Positions 28,433-38,448 of a DNA stretch of 64,000 nt are shown in pieces. Each line of letters starts with the position of its first letter. Position 1 is the first letter of the stretch. Source of the stretch: Thermodesulfobacteriota bacterium (GTDB lineage: Bacteria > Desulfobacterota_D > UBA1144 > Nemesobacterales > Nemesobacteraceae); the NCBI GenBank assembly GCA_965207685.1, contig OZ242294.1, positions 1,143,558 through 1,207,557 on the forward strand, given 5' to 3'. The notes under the pieces were generated by a model. The model worked only from the letters and a program-made list of their open reading frames with translations. It was not told where the DNA came from and did not search any database. The position numbers were made by a program, and so were the translations under genes.

Positions 28433-29436
28433 AGCGTTTCCCCCACGAGTTCTATAAGATCAACCACCCTGGAGGTGTATCCGTACTCGTTGTCGTACCA
28501 GGCGACAACCTTGACTAGGTTATCCTCCACCACGGAAGTCAGCATGGAATCAAAGGAACAGGAATGGGTGTCCCCCACAAGATCGGAAGAGACGATTTCG
28601 TCCTCGACGTAAGCTAGGTAACCGCTAAGCGTTCCTTCAGCCGCTTCCTTGAACTTGGCGTTCACCTCATCTGCGGAAGTTCCGTTTTCCACCTCGCAGG
28701 TAAAATCCACAAGCGACACGTTGGGCGTGGGCACCCTTACAGCTACCGCGGAGAGTTTCCCCTTCAGTTCGGGAAAAACAATCTGTATGGCGTTTGCGGC
28801 CCCCGTGCTGGTGGGGATAATGGAGAGGGCGGCAGCTCTCGCCCTTCTTTTATCCTTATGCGGAGTGTCGAGTATTCTCTGATCGTTCGTATAGGAGTGT
28901 ATCGTGGTCATCTCTCCACGCCTGATCGAGAAATTTTCGTGGAGAACCTTGACCAGCAGCCCGAAGCAGTTGGTGGTACAGGATGCGTTTGAAATCACGT
29001 CATGACTTTCGGGTTCGTAGTCATCATCGTTTATGCCCACTACCGTGGTGAAATCCACCTTGCCGCTTGCCGGCGCGGTAATTATTACCTTTTTCACGGT
29101 CTCGCCCATGTGCGCCGCGGCGGCCTCGCGGGTTCTGAAAATGCCGCTTGCCTCTGCCACTATCTGCGCTCCCGTATCGGCCCAGGGAATATTCGCAGGG
29201 TCTCTCTCCGAGAACACCCTTATGAATTTTCCATCAACTGTTATTCCCTCACCGTCGCACTTTACTTCTCCCGGATAGCGGCCGAACACCGAATCGTACT
29301 TGAAAAGATGGGCTAGGGTTTCGGTATCTGTAATATCGTTTATTCCCACGAACTCAAGGTCTTCTCTGCCGAGACCGATTCTGAGTACGTGTCTTCCTAT
29401 TCTTCCGAAACCGTTTATTCCAACCCTGATGGACAT
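28429..29436 (-). CDS. gap: Glyceraldehyde-3-phosphate dehydrogenase
   Basis: RVGINGFGRIGR, SNASCTTNC and WYDNEYGY. Met 29436 is preceded by GGAGG with a 7-nt spacer; the longest ORF starts at 29472. Confidence 0.95.
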   Translation of the reverse strand: MSIRVGINGFGRIGRHVLRIGLGREDLEFVGINDITDTETLAHLFKYDSVFGRYPGEVKCDGEGITVDGKFIRVFSERDPANIPWADTGAQIVAEASGIFRTREAAAAHMGETVKKVIITAPASGKVDFTTVVGINDDDYEPESHDVISNASCTTNCFGLLVKVLHENFSIRRGEMTTIHSYTNDQRILDTPHKDKRRARAAALSIIPTSTGAANAIQIVFPELKGKLSAVAVRVPTPNVSLVDFTCEVENGTSADEVNAKFKEAAEGTLSGYLAYVEDEIVSSDLVGDTHSCSFDSMLTSVVEDNLVKVVAWYDNEYGYTSRVVDLIELVGETL

Positions 29437-29510
29437 CGTAAAACCTCCGAAACTTGACTTTGAACTTCGCAAAAATTATACACTTGCTTGCTGTTAGTCA
29501 AATAGAGAAA

Positions 29511-32500
29511 TCAATTAATTTGCAGGGAATCTCTCCCTCCCGGCCCCAATGTTCTCAGATGGGTGAAATGTCTCAACCGCTTGCCAACATCGTCAAGAGC
29601 CAGATAAAGACAGGGCACGAGGTAAAGTATGACGAAGGTCGAGAAAACAAGTCCGAATCCCAAGGAAGCCGCCATCGGAGCGAGAATGCCCGCCTGTCCC
29701 TTGTAGGCGAACATCAGGGAAAAAAGTCCCGAGAAAGTCGTAAGCGTGGTGAGAACGATAGGGCGGAAACGATACCTAGCGGAAAATACTATCGCTACCA
29801 CCTTGCTCGGCATCTTTTTCGCCCTTCGGTTGATAAAATTCAGCAGCAGCAAGCTGTCGTTGACCACTATTCCCAGAAGCGCAACCATTCCTATTATGGC
29901 GGGAAGCGTCATGGGTTCGCCACGCAGCAGAATCGCTATGATCACTCCCGTAATGCAAAAAGGCAGCACACTCATTATTATAAGGGGCTGAAAGGTGGAA
30001 CGCAGTATGCTTGCGAGAATGAGATAAATGAGAAGTAAAGCCAAAAGCGACGCTTTTTTTATGTCGCTTATAGCTTGAGTATACTGCTCCTCCTCCCCTG
30101 CGAACCGAAACGAGTAGCCCGGGTAGTTCTCCAGAAGACCGTCGAGGTGACGCGAAAGATTTGCGTTTACCTCCCTTGAAGTAGTCGTCTGGTTGTCCAC
30201 TTCGGCTGTTACGGTGACCGTTCTTCGAAGCTTCTCCCTTCTTATCTCAAGCGGCGTCTTGGACTCCGTTATCTCCGCCACGGTGCCGATAGGGACCCGC
30301 CTTCCGAGAGGAGTCGGGACCTGGTGCGATTTCACCGAGAAAACACTGGACTCTCCTTTTCCGTATCGCAGATTTATCTCAGCCTCTTCCTCACCCACTC
30401 TGGTCTTCGCAACCGTGAGACCGTCTCCGAGAGCCTTGATTTCCCGCGACACGCTCCACTTGTCAATACCGAACACCCCGGCTTTTCTCTCGTCTATCTC
30501 AACTCTCGCCTCGGGCTTCCCGTAAACAAGATTGCTAGTCGCGGCACTCACCCCCGGCTGACTACTCAGATACTCTCGGACCCGGGAAGCTATTTCCATC
30601 AGCACCGGTATGTCATTCCCACTTATCTTGACGTCCACCGGTTTCCCGGTAGGGGGACCCGTCGTCGTTACGAAATCAACCTGTTTGGCTCCCGTCACCG
30701 TTTCCCTTACCCTGCTCTCCGCAACCTCAGAGAGTTCAAGCGCGTTTTCTTTTCTGGCGGAGTAATCTTCGTATTCAACCAGAACCGTGGCCACGTGGTC
30801 TCCGGTGGAAAACATATTGTCAGGGTCCGACATATCCAGGCCCACCATGGATAAAGTGTTCCTCAGAACATGAGTGGGGACGCTGTGGCGCACGGCTTCT
30901 TCAACCTGGGCTACGGAAGCAGCCGTATGCTCCAGGCTGGACGAGGGGGGATTCTCAACCCTTATCATTATTTCCTCGGTATCGTGAAGGTAGAACATCA
31001 CGTTGGGGATCCGGACAAACATAAAGACCGAAACGGCAAAAATAACCGTGAAACACCCTATTACCGCATAGCGGTTTCTAAGCGCAAACAGAAGTCCCCG
31101 CAGATAAAGGCCTCTTACGCGCAGAAGCGGCGCGTTTCCGCGAGGAGATCTCGTCGTGCGGTTTGCCGGAAGCCAGTCGGCGCAGTGAGACGGCATGATC
31201 ACCAAGGCTTCGAAAAGGGAGAAACAAAGAGCGAAGATCGCAACTTTGGGAATTACGGAAAGAAACTGTCCGATGAGCCCCGTGGCAAGAAGAAGGGGGG
31301 TAAACGCTGCAATATTGGTCAGCACCGTAGCGACCACGGGCCAGGCAACCTCTCTTGTGCCTACCACCGCCGCCCGCAGCGGTTCCATTCCCCTTGATAT
31401 ATATCTCTGGACGTTCTCAACGACGATTATGGCATCGTCCACCACCATACCCAGCATCATTATAAGACCGAACATGGAAAGGACATTGAGCGTTGTGCCG
31501 GTCATCTTCATTAATATCGCGGCCCCCAGAAAAGAAACGGGAATCCCCAGAGCGGCTATGAAGGCTGCCCTACGATCAAGAAAAAGAGTGAGGAGGATTA
31601 CTACCAGAACAAACCCCAGACCCCCGCTTTTAAGCATGGTCTGAAGGCGGCTTTTCACCCAGTGTGACCTGTCAAACGCCAAGGCTATCTCCACATCTTC
31701 GGGGAGCTCGCTTTCGTACTTTTCGGTAAGCTCCCTTATGCGGTCGACGGTATCGAGGATATCAACGTCTTTCTGTTTCTCCACCCAGAAAGTAATCGCA
31801 GGACGACCGTTTATCCTCGATCTCAGGTCCTCTCGCTGTTCCCCGAGAGTGACTGTCGCCACGTCGCGGAGCAGGACATGTTTACCCTCAATGCTCCTGG
31901 CAACCGGAATATCGAGAAGATCTTCCACAGATCTTATTTTTCCCTCGGTTCTAAGCAGGAAATCAGAGCTGTTCCGAGTAAAGTTCGCCCCGGGAATATC
32001 CAGATTTCTTGCGTTGATGGCATCTGAAACCTCCTTAATCCCCAGTCCAAACTGCACCATCTTCGGGTAATCCAGATACACCCATATTGCCGGGTCAGGC
32101 AGTCCGACGGAAGTTACGTTTTCAACACCGTCTAAAAGCCCAAGCTCATCCCGCAGTCTCCTGGCGTTACTATAGAGAATATCTCTCGGCATGTCCCCTG
32201 AGATTGAAACGCTCACCAGCGGAAAACTCGCCTTTTGCTCTTCTGTTACGGGTTCTTCTGTATCCTCGGGAAGATCGTCTGCTATCAGGTTGATCTTGGA
32301 ATCAATCTCCCAGGCAATCCTTCTGGTATCTTCCCCCGGGTAAACCTCAGCCGTAACCCGCGAGAACCCTTCGGAGGAAACGGATTTTACGATCTTGACG
32401 CCGGAGACGTTTTTTATCTGCTGCTCAATTGGAACGCTTACAAGATTCTCAACGTCTTCGGCGGAAGAACCCGGAAAAGACGTGGTTACCGTCACCATTT

Positions 32501-32627
32501 CGAGTTTTACGGAGGGAAACAGTTCAAGGGGAAGAGAAAATGAAAACAGAAGCCCTATAAGTATTATGGCTCCCATCAGCAGGTTTACGAAAAAGGAGTT
32601 TCTTACTGAAAAATCGGCGACGTGCAT
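29511..32627 (-). CDS. RND-family efflux transporter permease (AcrB/HAE-type)
   Basis: 1038 aa with 12-TM/2-loop architecture. Typical N-terminus FSVRNSFFVNLLMGAIILIGL...LFPS, and VVDDAIIVVEN / IVVNDSLLLLNF in TM4/TM10. Confidence 0.9.
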   Translation of the reverse strand: MHVADFSVRNSFFVNLLMGAIILIGLLFSFSLPLELFPSVKLEMVTVTTSFPGSSAEDVENLVSVPIEQQIKNVSGVKIVKSVSSEGFSRVTAEVYPGEDTRRIAWEIDSKINLIADDLPEDTEEPVTEEQKASFPLVSVSISGDMPRDILYSNARRLRDELGLLDGVENVTSVGLPDPAIWVYLDYPKMVQFGLGIKEVSDAINARNLDIPGANFTRNSSDFLLRTEGKIRSVEDLLDIPVARSIEGKHVLLRDVATVTLGEQREDLRSRINGRPAITFWVEKQKDVDILDTVDRIRELTEKYESELPEDVEIALAFDRSHWVKSRLQTMLKSGGLGFVLVVILLTLFLDRRAAFIAALGIPVSFLGAAILMKMTGTTLNVLSMFGLIMMLGMVVDDAIIVVENVQRYISRGMEPLRAAVVGTREVAWPVVATVLTNIAAFTPLLLATGLIGQFLSVIPKVAIFALCFSLFEALVIMPSHCADWLPANRTTRSPRGNAPLLRVRGLYLRGLLFALRNRYAVIGCFTVIFAVSVFMFVRIPNVMFYLHDTEEIMIRVENPPSSSLEHTAASVAQVEEAVRHSVPTHVLRNTLSMVGLDMSDPDNMFSTGDHVATVLVEYEDYSARKENALELSEVAESRVRETVTGAKQVDFVTTTGPPTGKPVDVKISGNDIPVLMEIASRVREYLSSQPGVSAATSNLVYGKPEARVEIDERKAGVFGIDKWSVSREIKALGDGLTVAKTRVGEEEAEINLRYGKGESSVFSVKSHQVPTPLGRRVPIGTVAEITESKTPLEIRREKLRRTVTVTAEVDNQTTTSREVNANLSRHLDGLLENYPGYSFRFAGEEEQYTQAISDIKKASLLALLLIYLILASILRSTFQPLIIMSVLPFCITGVIIAILLRGEPMTLPAIIGMVALLGIVVNDSLLLLNFINRRAKKMPSKVVAIVFSARYRFRPIVLTTLTTFSGLFSLMFAYKGQAGILAPMAASLGFGLVFSTFVILYLVPCLYLALDDVGKRLRHFTHLRTLGPGGRDSLQIN

Positions 32628-32907
32628 AGAGAATCAGTCAATAATGCCTAGTGTGCGCCCGATGCGGATTTGAAACCTTGTTTTGCCTTGTTAAACAGAA
32701 CTTCCACCCGGTCTGCGGTAAACCACAGCATCAAAAAGCCTTTTGTAATTTTACCGGATAATAAAACGCCGACTAATTCCCCGAAAACCCCCGGAAATTC
32801 CGAAACGGATACCGGGAATCTACTGTTGCTCGTGTCATCCCCGGGACAAATGTCTCAATTGCCGGGTGCGGATTGAGTTTTTCTGATTCCCGTAGTATCG
32901 TTTCACG

Positions 32908-33951
32908 GTGATGAAAAATCTTAACGTATGCATTCTGGGAGCAAGCGGCTACACGGGAGCGGAACTCATAAGGCTCCTTGGGGGACATCCCCGGGCCAGC
33001 ATTTCGCATCTAACAGCGGCAAGGCACGCAGGTCGCACTCTGGCCGAGGTCTTTCCGCACCTTGGGGAAATAGCCGATCTCGAGCTCAGCAGTTCGGACC
33101 CCTCGCTCATCCCGGACGATACCGACGTGGTATTCGCCGCGCTTCCTCACGGAGCATCGGCCGAGCTTATAGAAAAAATCTACGAAAGGGACGTAAGAAT
33201 AATTGATCTCGGGGCGGATTTCCGTCTCAGGGAAGGCACCTACAGGGACTGGTACGGGGACCATCCGTGCGCCCATCTTCTCGAAAACGCCGTCTACGGA
33301 ATCCCCGAACTGCATGCGGAACAGATCTCGGAGACAAAACTGGTGGCAAACCCCGGATGCTATCCCACTTCTTCAATCCTTCCACTCGCACCGCTTCTCG
33401 AAAACGGCATGGTGGAAACTGAGGGGATTATAATTGATTCCAAATCCGGAGCTTCGGGAGCAGGGAGGAACCCTTCGCTTGATCTTCATTTCTGCGAAGT
33501 CTCCGAAGGAATGAAGGCCTACAAGGTAGGCGAGCACCGTCATACCCCTGAAATAGAGCAGGGACTCTCCGATTTCCTCGGAAGCAAGGTGGAAGTTGCT
33601 TTCACCCCGCACCTTGTACCGATAAACAGGGGAATACTCTCGACAATATACGTAAGCCTCTCGGGAAGCCATAAGACCCGGGAACTGCTGGACGCTCTGG
33701 GACAATTCTACGAGAACTCGCCCTTCGTGAGGATTCTCCCCGAGGGGACTTTTCCGAACACCTCCTGCGTCAGGGGTTCAAACTTCTGCGACATAGGTGT
33801 AAGGACGAACCCGGGGAAAAAAACCGCGATAATTGTCTGCGCCATAGATAACCTGGTAAAGGGGGCATCGGGACAGGCGATACAGAGCATGAACATCATG
33901 CTTGATCTTCCCGAGAGCCTGGGACTTGACTCCGTCCCGCTTTATCCCTGA
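32908..33951 (+). CDS. argC: N-acetyl-gamma-glutamyl-phosphate reductase
   Basis: ILGASGYTGAELIRLL, active-site NPGCYPTS, and LVKGASGQA. Start is GTG 32908 or ATG 32911. Confidence 0.95.
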   Translation: MMKNLNVCILGASGYTGAELIRLLGGHPRASISHLTAARHAGRTLAEVFPHLGEIADLELSSSDPSLIPDDTDVVFAALPHGASAELIEKIYERDVRIIDLGADFRLREGTYRDWYGDHPCAHLLENAVYGIPELHAEQISETKLVANPGCYPTSSILPLAPLLENGMVETEGIIIDSKSGASGAGRNPSLDLHFCEVSEGMKAYKVGEHRHTPEIEQGLSDFLGSKVEVAFTPHLVPINRGILSTIYVSLSGSHKTRELLDALGQFYENSPFVRILPEGTFPNTSCVRGSNFCDIGVRTNPGKKTAIIVCAIDNLVKGASGQAIQSMNIMLDLPESLGLDSVPLYP

Positions 33952-34017
33952 TTTGGGCGGTAAATACATGCTGCCCGCCTACATATACAACTCGGCAGGC
34001 GGTTCCCGGACATCCCG

Positions 34018-35184
34018 TCAGAAATCCCGAAGCGTCCTTATCCTCTCCACTATTGAGGGAAGGAGCTCAATCACCCTGTCAATTTCCTCCGAACGGGTAA
34101 AACGGCCGAAGCTGAACCTGACCGAGCAGAGCGCCTCCTGTTCTTCGAGACCCATGGCCATCAACACATGGGAAGGATCAACGTTTCCTTCGGAGCAGGC
34201 CGAACCAGTTGAAACCGCCACTCCGGCGGTATCGAGATTCATCACCACCGAATCACCGGGAGTACCGGGAAAACCGACGTTGAGGGTGTTGGATACCCTG
34301 GCGGCGGGATGTCCGTTCAGGTAAACATCTTCTATTTCCCGGGAAAGCTCCTCGAAAAGACGGTCGCGTAGCCTCCCCAGCCTTTCGTTTTCCGTCTCAA
34401 GCTCCCCACGCAAAAGCTCGCACGCATAACCGAATCCGCAGACGGCCGCCACGTTCTCCGTTCCAGATCTCTTTCCCCTCTCCTGCCCCCCGCCGTGCAC
34501 GAAAGGCTCAAGGCCGACCCCTTTTCTCAAGTAAAGAGCTCCCGCCCCCTTGGGACCGCATATCTTGTGGGCGGAAAAAGACGCCATGTCCACCGGCAGA
34601 CCGGCAAGATCGATTTCCATTTTCCCCAGAGCCTGAACTGCATCTGTATGGAAAACCACCCCCCTCTCGCGGGCAATCTCTCCTATATCGGGAATCGGAC
34701 TTACAACTCCGGTCTCGTTATTCACGTACATGCAGGAAGCAAGAATCGTGCGCTCGGTAATGGCTTCCCGGAACTGTTCGGGGAAGACCCGTCCGAAGGA
34801 ATCCACGGGAAGATAAGTGACCTCGAAACCCCTGCGTTCAAGAAACCTGAACGTCTCAAGACACGAGGCGTGCTCGACCGCGGTCGTAACCAGGTGGTTT
34901 CCCCTGTCAGAAAGGGCATAGGCCAAGCCTTTTATGGCAAAATTGTTACTTTCACTGCCCCCCGAGGTAAAAACTATTTCTCCCGGCCTGGCCCCGAGAT
35001 AACCCGATACTCTCTCGCGGGCGCAATCAACCGCCGCGCGCGCGACGCTTCCGGAAGAATGAATGCTGGAAGGATTCCCATAATTTCCGGCAAGATATGG
35101 AGTCATCTCTTCCAAAACGCGCGGGTCAAGGGGCGTGGTCGCGTTATAGTCAAGATATATGGAACTTATGGAGTTAGGCGGCAT
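34018..35184 (-). CDS. Cysteine desulfurase (NifS/IscS class I)
   Basis: IYLDYNATTPLDPRV, GNPSSIHS, PLP lysine SAHKICGPKGAGALY, and catalytic loop STGSACSEG. Met 35184 is preferred over the ORF start at 35271. Confidence 0.9.
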   Translation of the reverse strand: MPPNSISSIYLDYNATTPLDPRVLEEMTPYLAGNYGNPSSIHSSGSVARAAVDCARERVSGYLGARPGEIVFTSGGSESNNFAIKGLAYALSDRGNHLVTTAVEHASCLETFRFLERRGFEVTYLPVDSFGRVFPEQFREAITERTILASCMYVNNETGVVSPIPDIGEIARERGVVFHTDAVQALGKMEIDLAGLPVDMASFSAHKICGPKGAGALYLRKGVGLEPFVHGGGQERGKRSGTENVAAVCGFGYACELLRGELETENERLGRLRDRLFEELSREIEDVYLNGHPAARVSNTLNVGFPGTPGDSVVMNLDTAGVAVSTGSACSEGNVDPSHVLMAMGLEEQEALCSVRFSFGRFTRSEEIDRVIELLPSIVERIRTLRDF

Positions 35185-35274
35185 CTTCTCACCGTCAGTC
35201 AAACAGCATATCTGATACCGGATAATAACCGATAGACCACGTAAATCACGGCGACACACAGTCGCAAGCAAGCT

Positions 35275-35958
35275 TTAGAGCAGGTCAGGCTTGTCGGTGA
35301 TAATCCCGTTAATTCCAGCCCCGGCCAGCTTTTCGCCTCGCTTCGGATCGTTAACCGTCCAGCAGCACACAAAAAGACCTCTTCTTCGGGCTTTAGAAAC
35401 AAGGCGACGCGTCATAAAACGGTGATTCGTAGCAACTACCCGGCAGCCCAGAGAAAGAGCCTTCTTCACGCACCCGAAGCCGAAAACCGTAATGAGCCCC
35501 GTAGTAACGGAACGATCAAGCTCCCTTACCGCACGAAGACAGTCCTCGCGGAAAGAAACCACCGCTACATCTTTTATAAGACCATGGGCTTTTATAAGCG
35601 AGATCGTTTCTTCTTCCGTGCCCTTTTCCTTAAGCTCGACCACCAGTCCGCAGCGCCCCGCGAAATTCTCAAAGACCTCTTCAAGGGTCGGTATCCGCTC
35701 CCCGAAACCGGCGTCAAGAGATCGAAGCTGAGAAAGCGTCTTCCCTGAAACGGCCCCCTTACCGTCCGTGGTCCTGTCGACCGTCCGGTCGTGAATGACG
35801 ACTAAGCGGCCGTCAAGACTCTTTCTCACGTCGAACTCTATCACCCCAGCCCCCATGTCCAGAGCCCTGCGGAAAGAGCGAAGAGTGTTTTCCGGTTCGT
35901 AATGACTCGCGCCGCGGTGAGAGATAAGCAGGAAATCTTTTTCGAAAAAACCTTTCAT
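35275..35958 (-). CDS. Glycerophosphodiester phosphodiesterase family protein
   Basis: ISHRGASHYEPENTLRSFRRALDMGAGVIEFDVRKSLDGRLVVIHDRTVDRTTDG is the GDPD signature. Confidence 0.85.
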   Translation of the reverse strand: MKGFFEKDFLLISHRGASHYEPENTLRSFRRALDMGAGVIEFDVRKSLDGRLVVIHDRTVDRTTDGKGAVSGKTLSQLRSLDAGFGERIPTLEEVFENFAGRCGLVVELKEKGTEEETISLIKAHGLIKDVAVVSFREDCLRAVRELDRSVTTGLITVFGFGCVKKALSLGCRVVATNHRFMTRRLVSKARRRGLFVCCWTVNDPKRGEKLAGAGINGIITDKPDLL

Positions 35959-35972
35959 GGAATTTGGGGGAA

Positions 35973-36749
35973 TTACCTGAACAGGTCATGGGCCGGATCT
36001 CTGATCAGTTCATCCGAACTTCCTTCCCCCCGGATGTACTCAATCCCACGCGCTACCACGACGGGCAACGCTGCGGTTTTCTCCATCAGTAAACCCGCGG
36101 CACACGCCACCTGGTCCGCGGTCGCCATCTCGGTTGCCGTAAGCAGAAGACCCTTGCTATCGGTCTCTCCCCTGTGGTCAGAAAGTGGCCTCATACCGCT
36201 ACAGCCAATGGCGATATCGGTAAGTCCTTCCCGCCAGGGACGCCCCACGGTATCGCTTATTATGACGGCCACGTACTTTCCGGTTTCCTGTTCTATATGT
36301 TTTCTTATAGTGCCGGCGGAGCGATCGGAATCAAGCGGAAGAAGCGTGACATCCTCGCCCCCGGAAACATTTGAAGCATCAACGCCGGCGTTTGCCAGCA
36401 CAAGCCCTCCGGTTGTCTCAACTATAAGCCTTCCCTTGCCGCTTTCTCTCTCGTCCATTTTCACGATTCTCCTAGTTTCCCCCAGAATCACTTCCACCAA
36501 CCTCGGATCTTTTGAAACCTCCTTGGAGACCGTAACCGCGAAACCCGAAGGTTCCACCTGAGAAAGATTAACGACCCTGCCTTCGGCCTTTGAAACCACC
36601 TTCTGCGCAACTATAACTATATCTCCGTCGAGAAACGAAAATCCCTCACGGGCGGCGGCGCGCAGAATCATCTCCCCGAGGCTGTCCCCCTCCTTTACTT
36701 CCGGAATTCCCCTCAAGGGAACAAATTTTATTTCTCCAGTCCTGTCCAT
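35973..36749 (-). CDS. cofE: Coenzyme F420-0:L-glutamate ligase (CofE family)
   Basis: GDIVIVAQKVVSKAEGRVV, LANAGVDASN and ISDTVGRPWREGLTDIAIG fit the CofE/F420_ligase pattern. Met 36749 is preceded by GGGAGAG; the longest ORF starts at 36824. Confidence 0.8.
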   Translation of the reverse strand: MDRTGEIKFVPLRGIPEVKEGDSLGEMILRAAAREGFSFLDGDIVIVAQKVVSKAEGRVVNLSQVEPSGFAVTVSKEVSKDPRLVEVILGETRRIVKMDERESGKGRLIVETTGGLVLANAGVDASNVSGGEDVTLLPLDSDRSAGTIRKHIEQETGKYVAVIISDTVGRPWREGLTDIAIGCSGMRPLSDHRGETDSKGLLLTATEMATADQVACAAGLLMEKTAALPVVVARGIEYIRGEGSSDELIRDPAHDLFR

Positions 36750-36835
36750 GCGGAAACTCTCCCGATGCCGCGGCGGCGTTTTGTATCTACCAACTAAACC
36801 ATTAGTATATATTACCGATATCAAGGGGGAGAGAA

Positions 36836-37228
36836 ATGGAAAGATTCTATTTGGAAAGAGAGACCGACCTTGAGCTTGAAAAGCAGTTCGAGGTATCCAA
36901 CGTGGCTAGGGAATCAGGCCTCATGATCCGCATATTTGTAACCTCCTCGCTTAAAAAAGAAATGATGGAACCCGATTCCGAGGCTTCGGCCCACGGTGAG
37001 GATGAGAACACGAGGCTAAAAGAAATACTTTCCCCTCTCGTGTCTTCCATAAGGGCGACCAGGAAAACGAAGAGAACCAACGTGATCAATTTCACCGCTT
37101 CGGTTACCAAAGACGGAAAAGGCCAGGAATTTCAGGTTATTTCCTACCTGGGACCGGTAACGAAAGACTCCGAGGAACCCTGCATAACCCTTCTCCTGCC
37201 CGAAGACCTGCCGGAAGAAACACCTTAG
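36836..37228 (+). CDS. Hypothetical acidic protein
   Basis: 130-aa ORF, divergent from cofE and ending 29 nt before the second cysteine desulfurase. No recognisable motif. Confidence 0.35.
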   Translation: MERFYLERETDLELEKQFEVSNVARESGLMIRIFVTSSLKKEMMEPDSEASAHGEDENTRLKEILSPLVSSIRATRKTKRTNVINFTASVTKDGKGQEFQVISYLGPVTKDSEEPCITLLLPEDLPEETP

Positions 37229-37257
37229 CCGTAAAATCGTGTATTATTAGCTTTACA

Positions 37258-38421
37258 ATGGGGTGTACAGAGGAAATTTCCGGCGAAATCTACCTTGACA
37301 ACAACGCAACTACAAGACCACTTCCCGAAGTAACGGAGGCCGTGCACGAAGCCATGGGTGAGGGGTTCGGCAATCCCTCAAGCGCCCATTCGGCTGGAGA
37401 AAGAGCGAGGCACCGCATGGACCTTGCCCGCGAACGGACCTCCGATCTTGTGGGATGCTCCCCCGAAGACCTCATATTCACAAGTTCCGGCACGGAATCA
37501 AACAACATGGTTTTTTATTCCTGCACAAGGAAAAAAGAGAAACCGCGCGTCGTCACAACCCAAGTAGAGCATTCCTCGATAATGAAGATGTGCAATTTCC
37601 TCGAACTAAACGACGTGCACATCGAAATGCTCGAGGTGGACAGCCAGGGAGTTCTTGACATCCAAAGACTCGAAAACGCAATTTCCGAGAAACCCGATCT
37701 GGTTTCCGTGCAGTGGGTTAACAACGAGACCGGAGTTATACAGGATATGGCGAGCATTTCCGAGATCTGCAGGAAAAACGGAGTGCTTCTCCACACCGAC
37801 GCTGCCCAGGCCGTAGGAAAGCTCGAGGTTGACCTTGCGAAGTTCCACGTGGATTTTCTCTCTTTCACGGCTCATAAAATCAGCGGACCTCAGGGTGCCG
37901 CGGTTCTCTACGCGAAAGACAGGCTGCTTGTGAACCCTTTCCTTTTCGGAGGATTCCAGGAGGAAGGGTTCCGTCCCGGGACTGAGAACCTTCCGGGCAT
38001 AGCAGGCTTTGGGACCGCCTGCGAGATAAGGCACACAAGGTTTGAGCGGTCCGTAGGAAGGATGAAGGATCTTCGCGACTGGTTCGAGAAAACGATAACA
38101 GAATCCATCCCGGACACCTCGATTAACGGTGGCGGCGCGGAAAGGGTATGCAACACCACCAATATCCATTTCGGCGGAACTGACGGAAGGAAACTGGTTT
38201 CCCTTCTTGACGAGGCGGGAATAAGGTGTTCGCAGAGCTCTGCGTGCACGAATTTCGACGTTACTCCATCTTACGTTCTGACCGCCATGGGGCTGGATGA
38301 GCAGCATGCGTATTCAAGCATAAGATTCAGCTTCTGCCCCGAGAACACCTTTGAGGAGGTACAAAGAGCGGCAGAGACTATCCGGGAGAAGTGCGAATTT
38401 CTCAGGAGCCAGCCCTGCTGA
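37258..38421 (+). CDS. Cysteine desulfurase paralogue (NifS-like)
   Basis: IYLDNNATTRPLPEV, GNPSSAHS, PLP lysine FTAHKISGPQGAAVLY, and catalytic Cys region CSQSSACT. Confidence 0.85.
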   Translation: MGCTEEISGEIYLDNNATTRPLPEVTEAVHEAMGEGFGNPSSAHSAGERARHRMDLARERTSDLVGCSPEDLIFTSSGTESNNMVFYSCTRKKEKPRVVTTQVEHSSIMKMCNFLELNDVHIEMLEVDSQGVLDIQRLENAISEKPDLVSVQWVNNETGVIQDMASISEICRKNGVLLHTDAAQAVGKLEVDLAKFHVDFLSFTAHKISGPQGAAVLYAKDRLLVNPFLFGGFQEEGFRPGTENLPGIAGFGTACEIRHTRFERSVGRMKDLRDWFEKTITESIPDTSINGGGAERVCNTTNIHFGGTDGRKLVSLLDEAGIRCSQSSACTNFDVTPSYVLTAMGLDEQHAYSSIRFSFCPENTFEEVQRAAETIREKCEFLRSQPC

Positions 38422-38448
38422 ACCCAGGCGCCCCGGGGAGGTGGAAAA

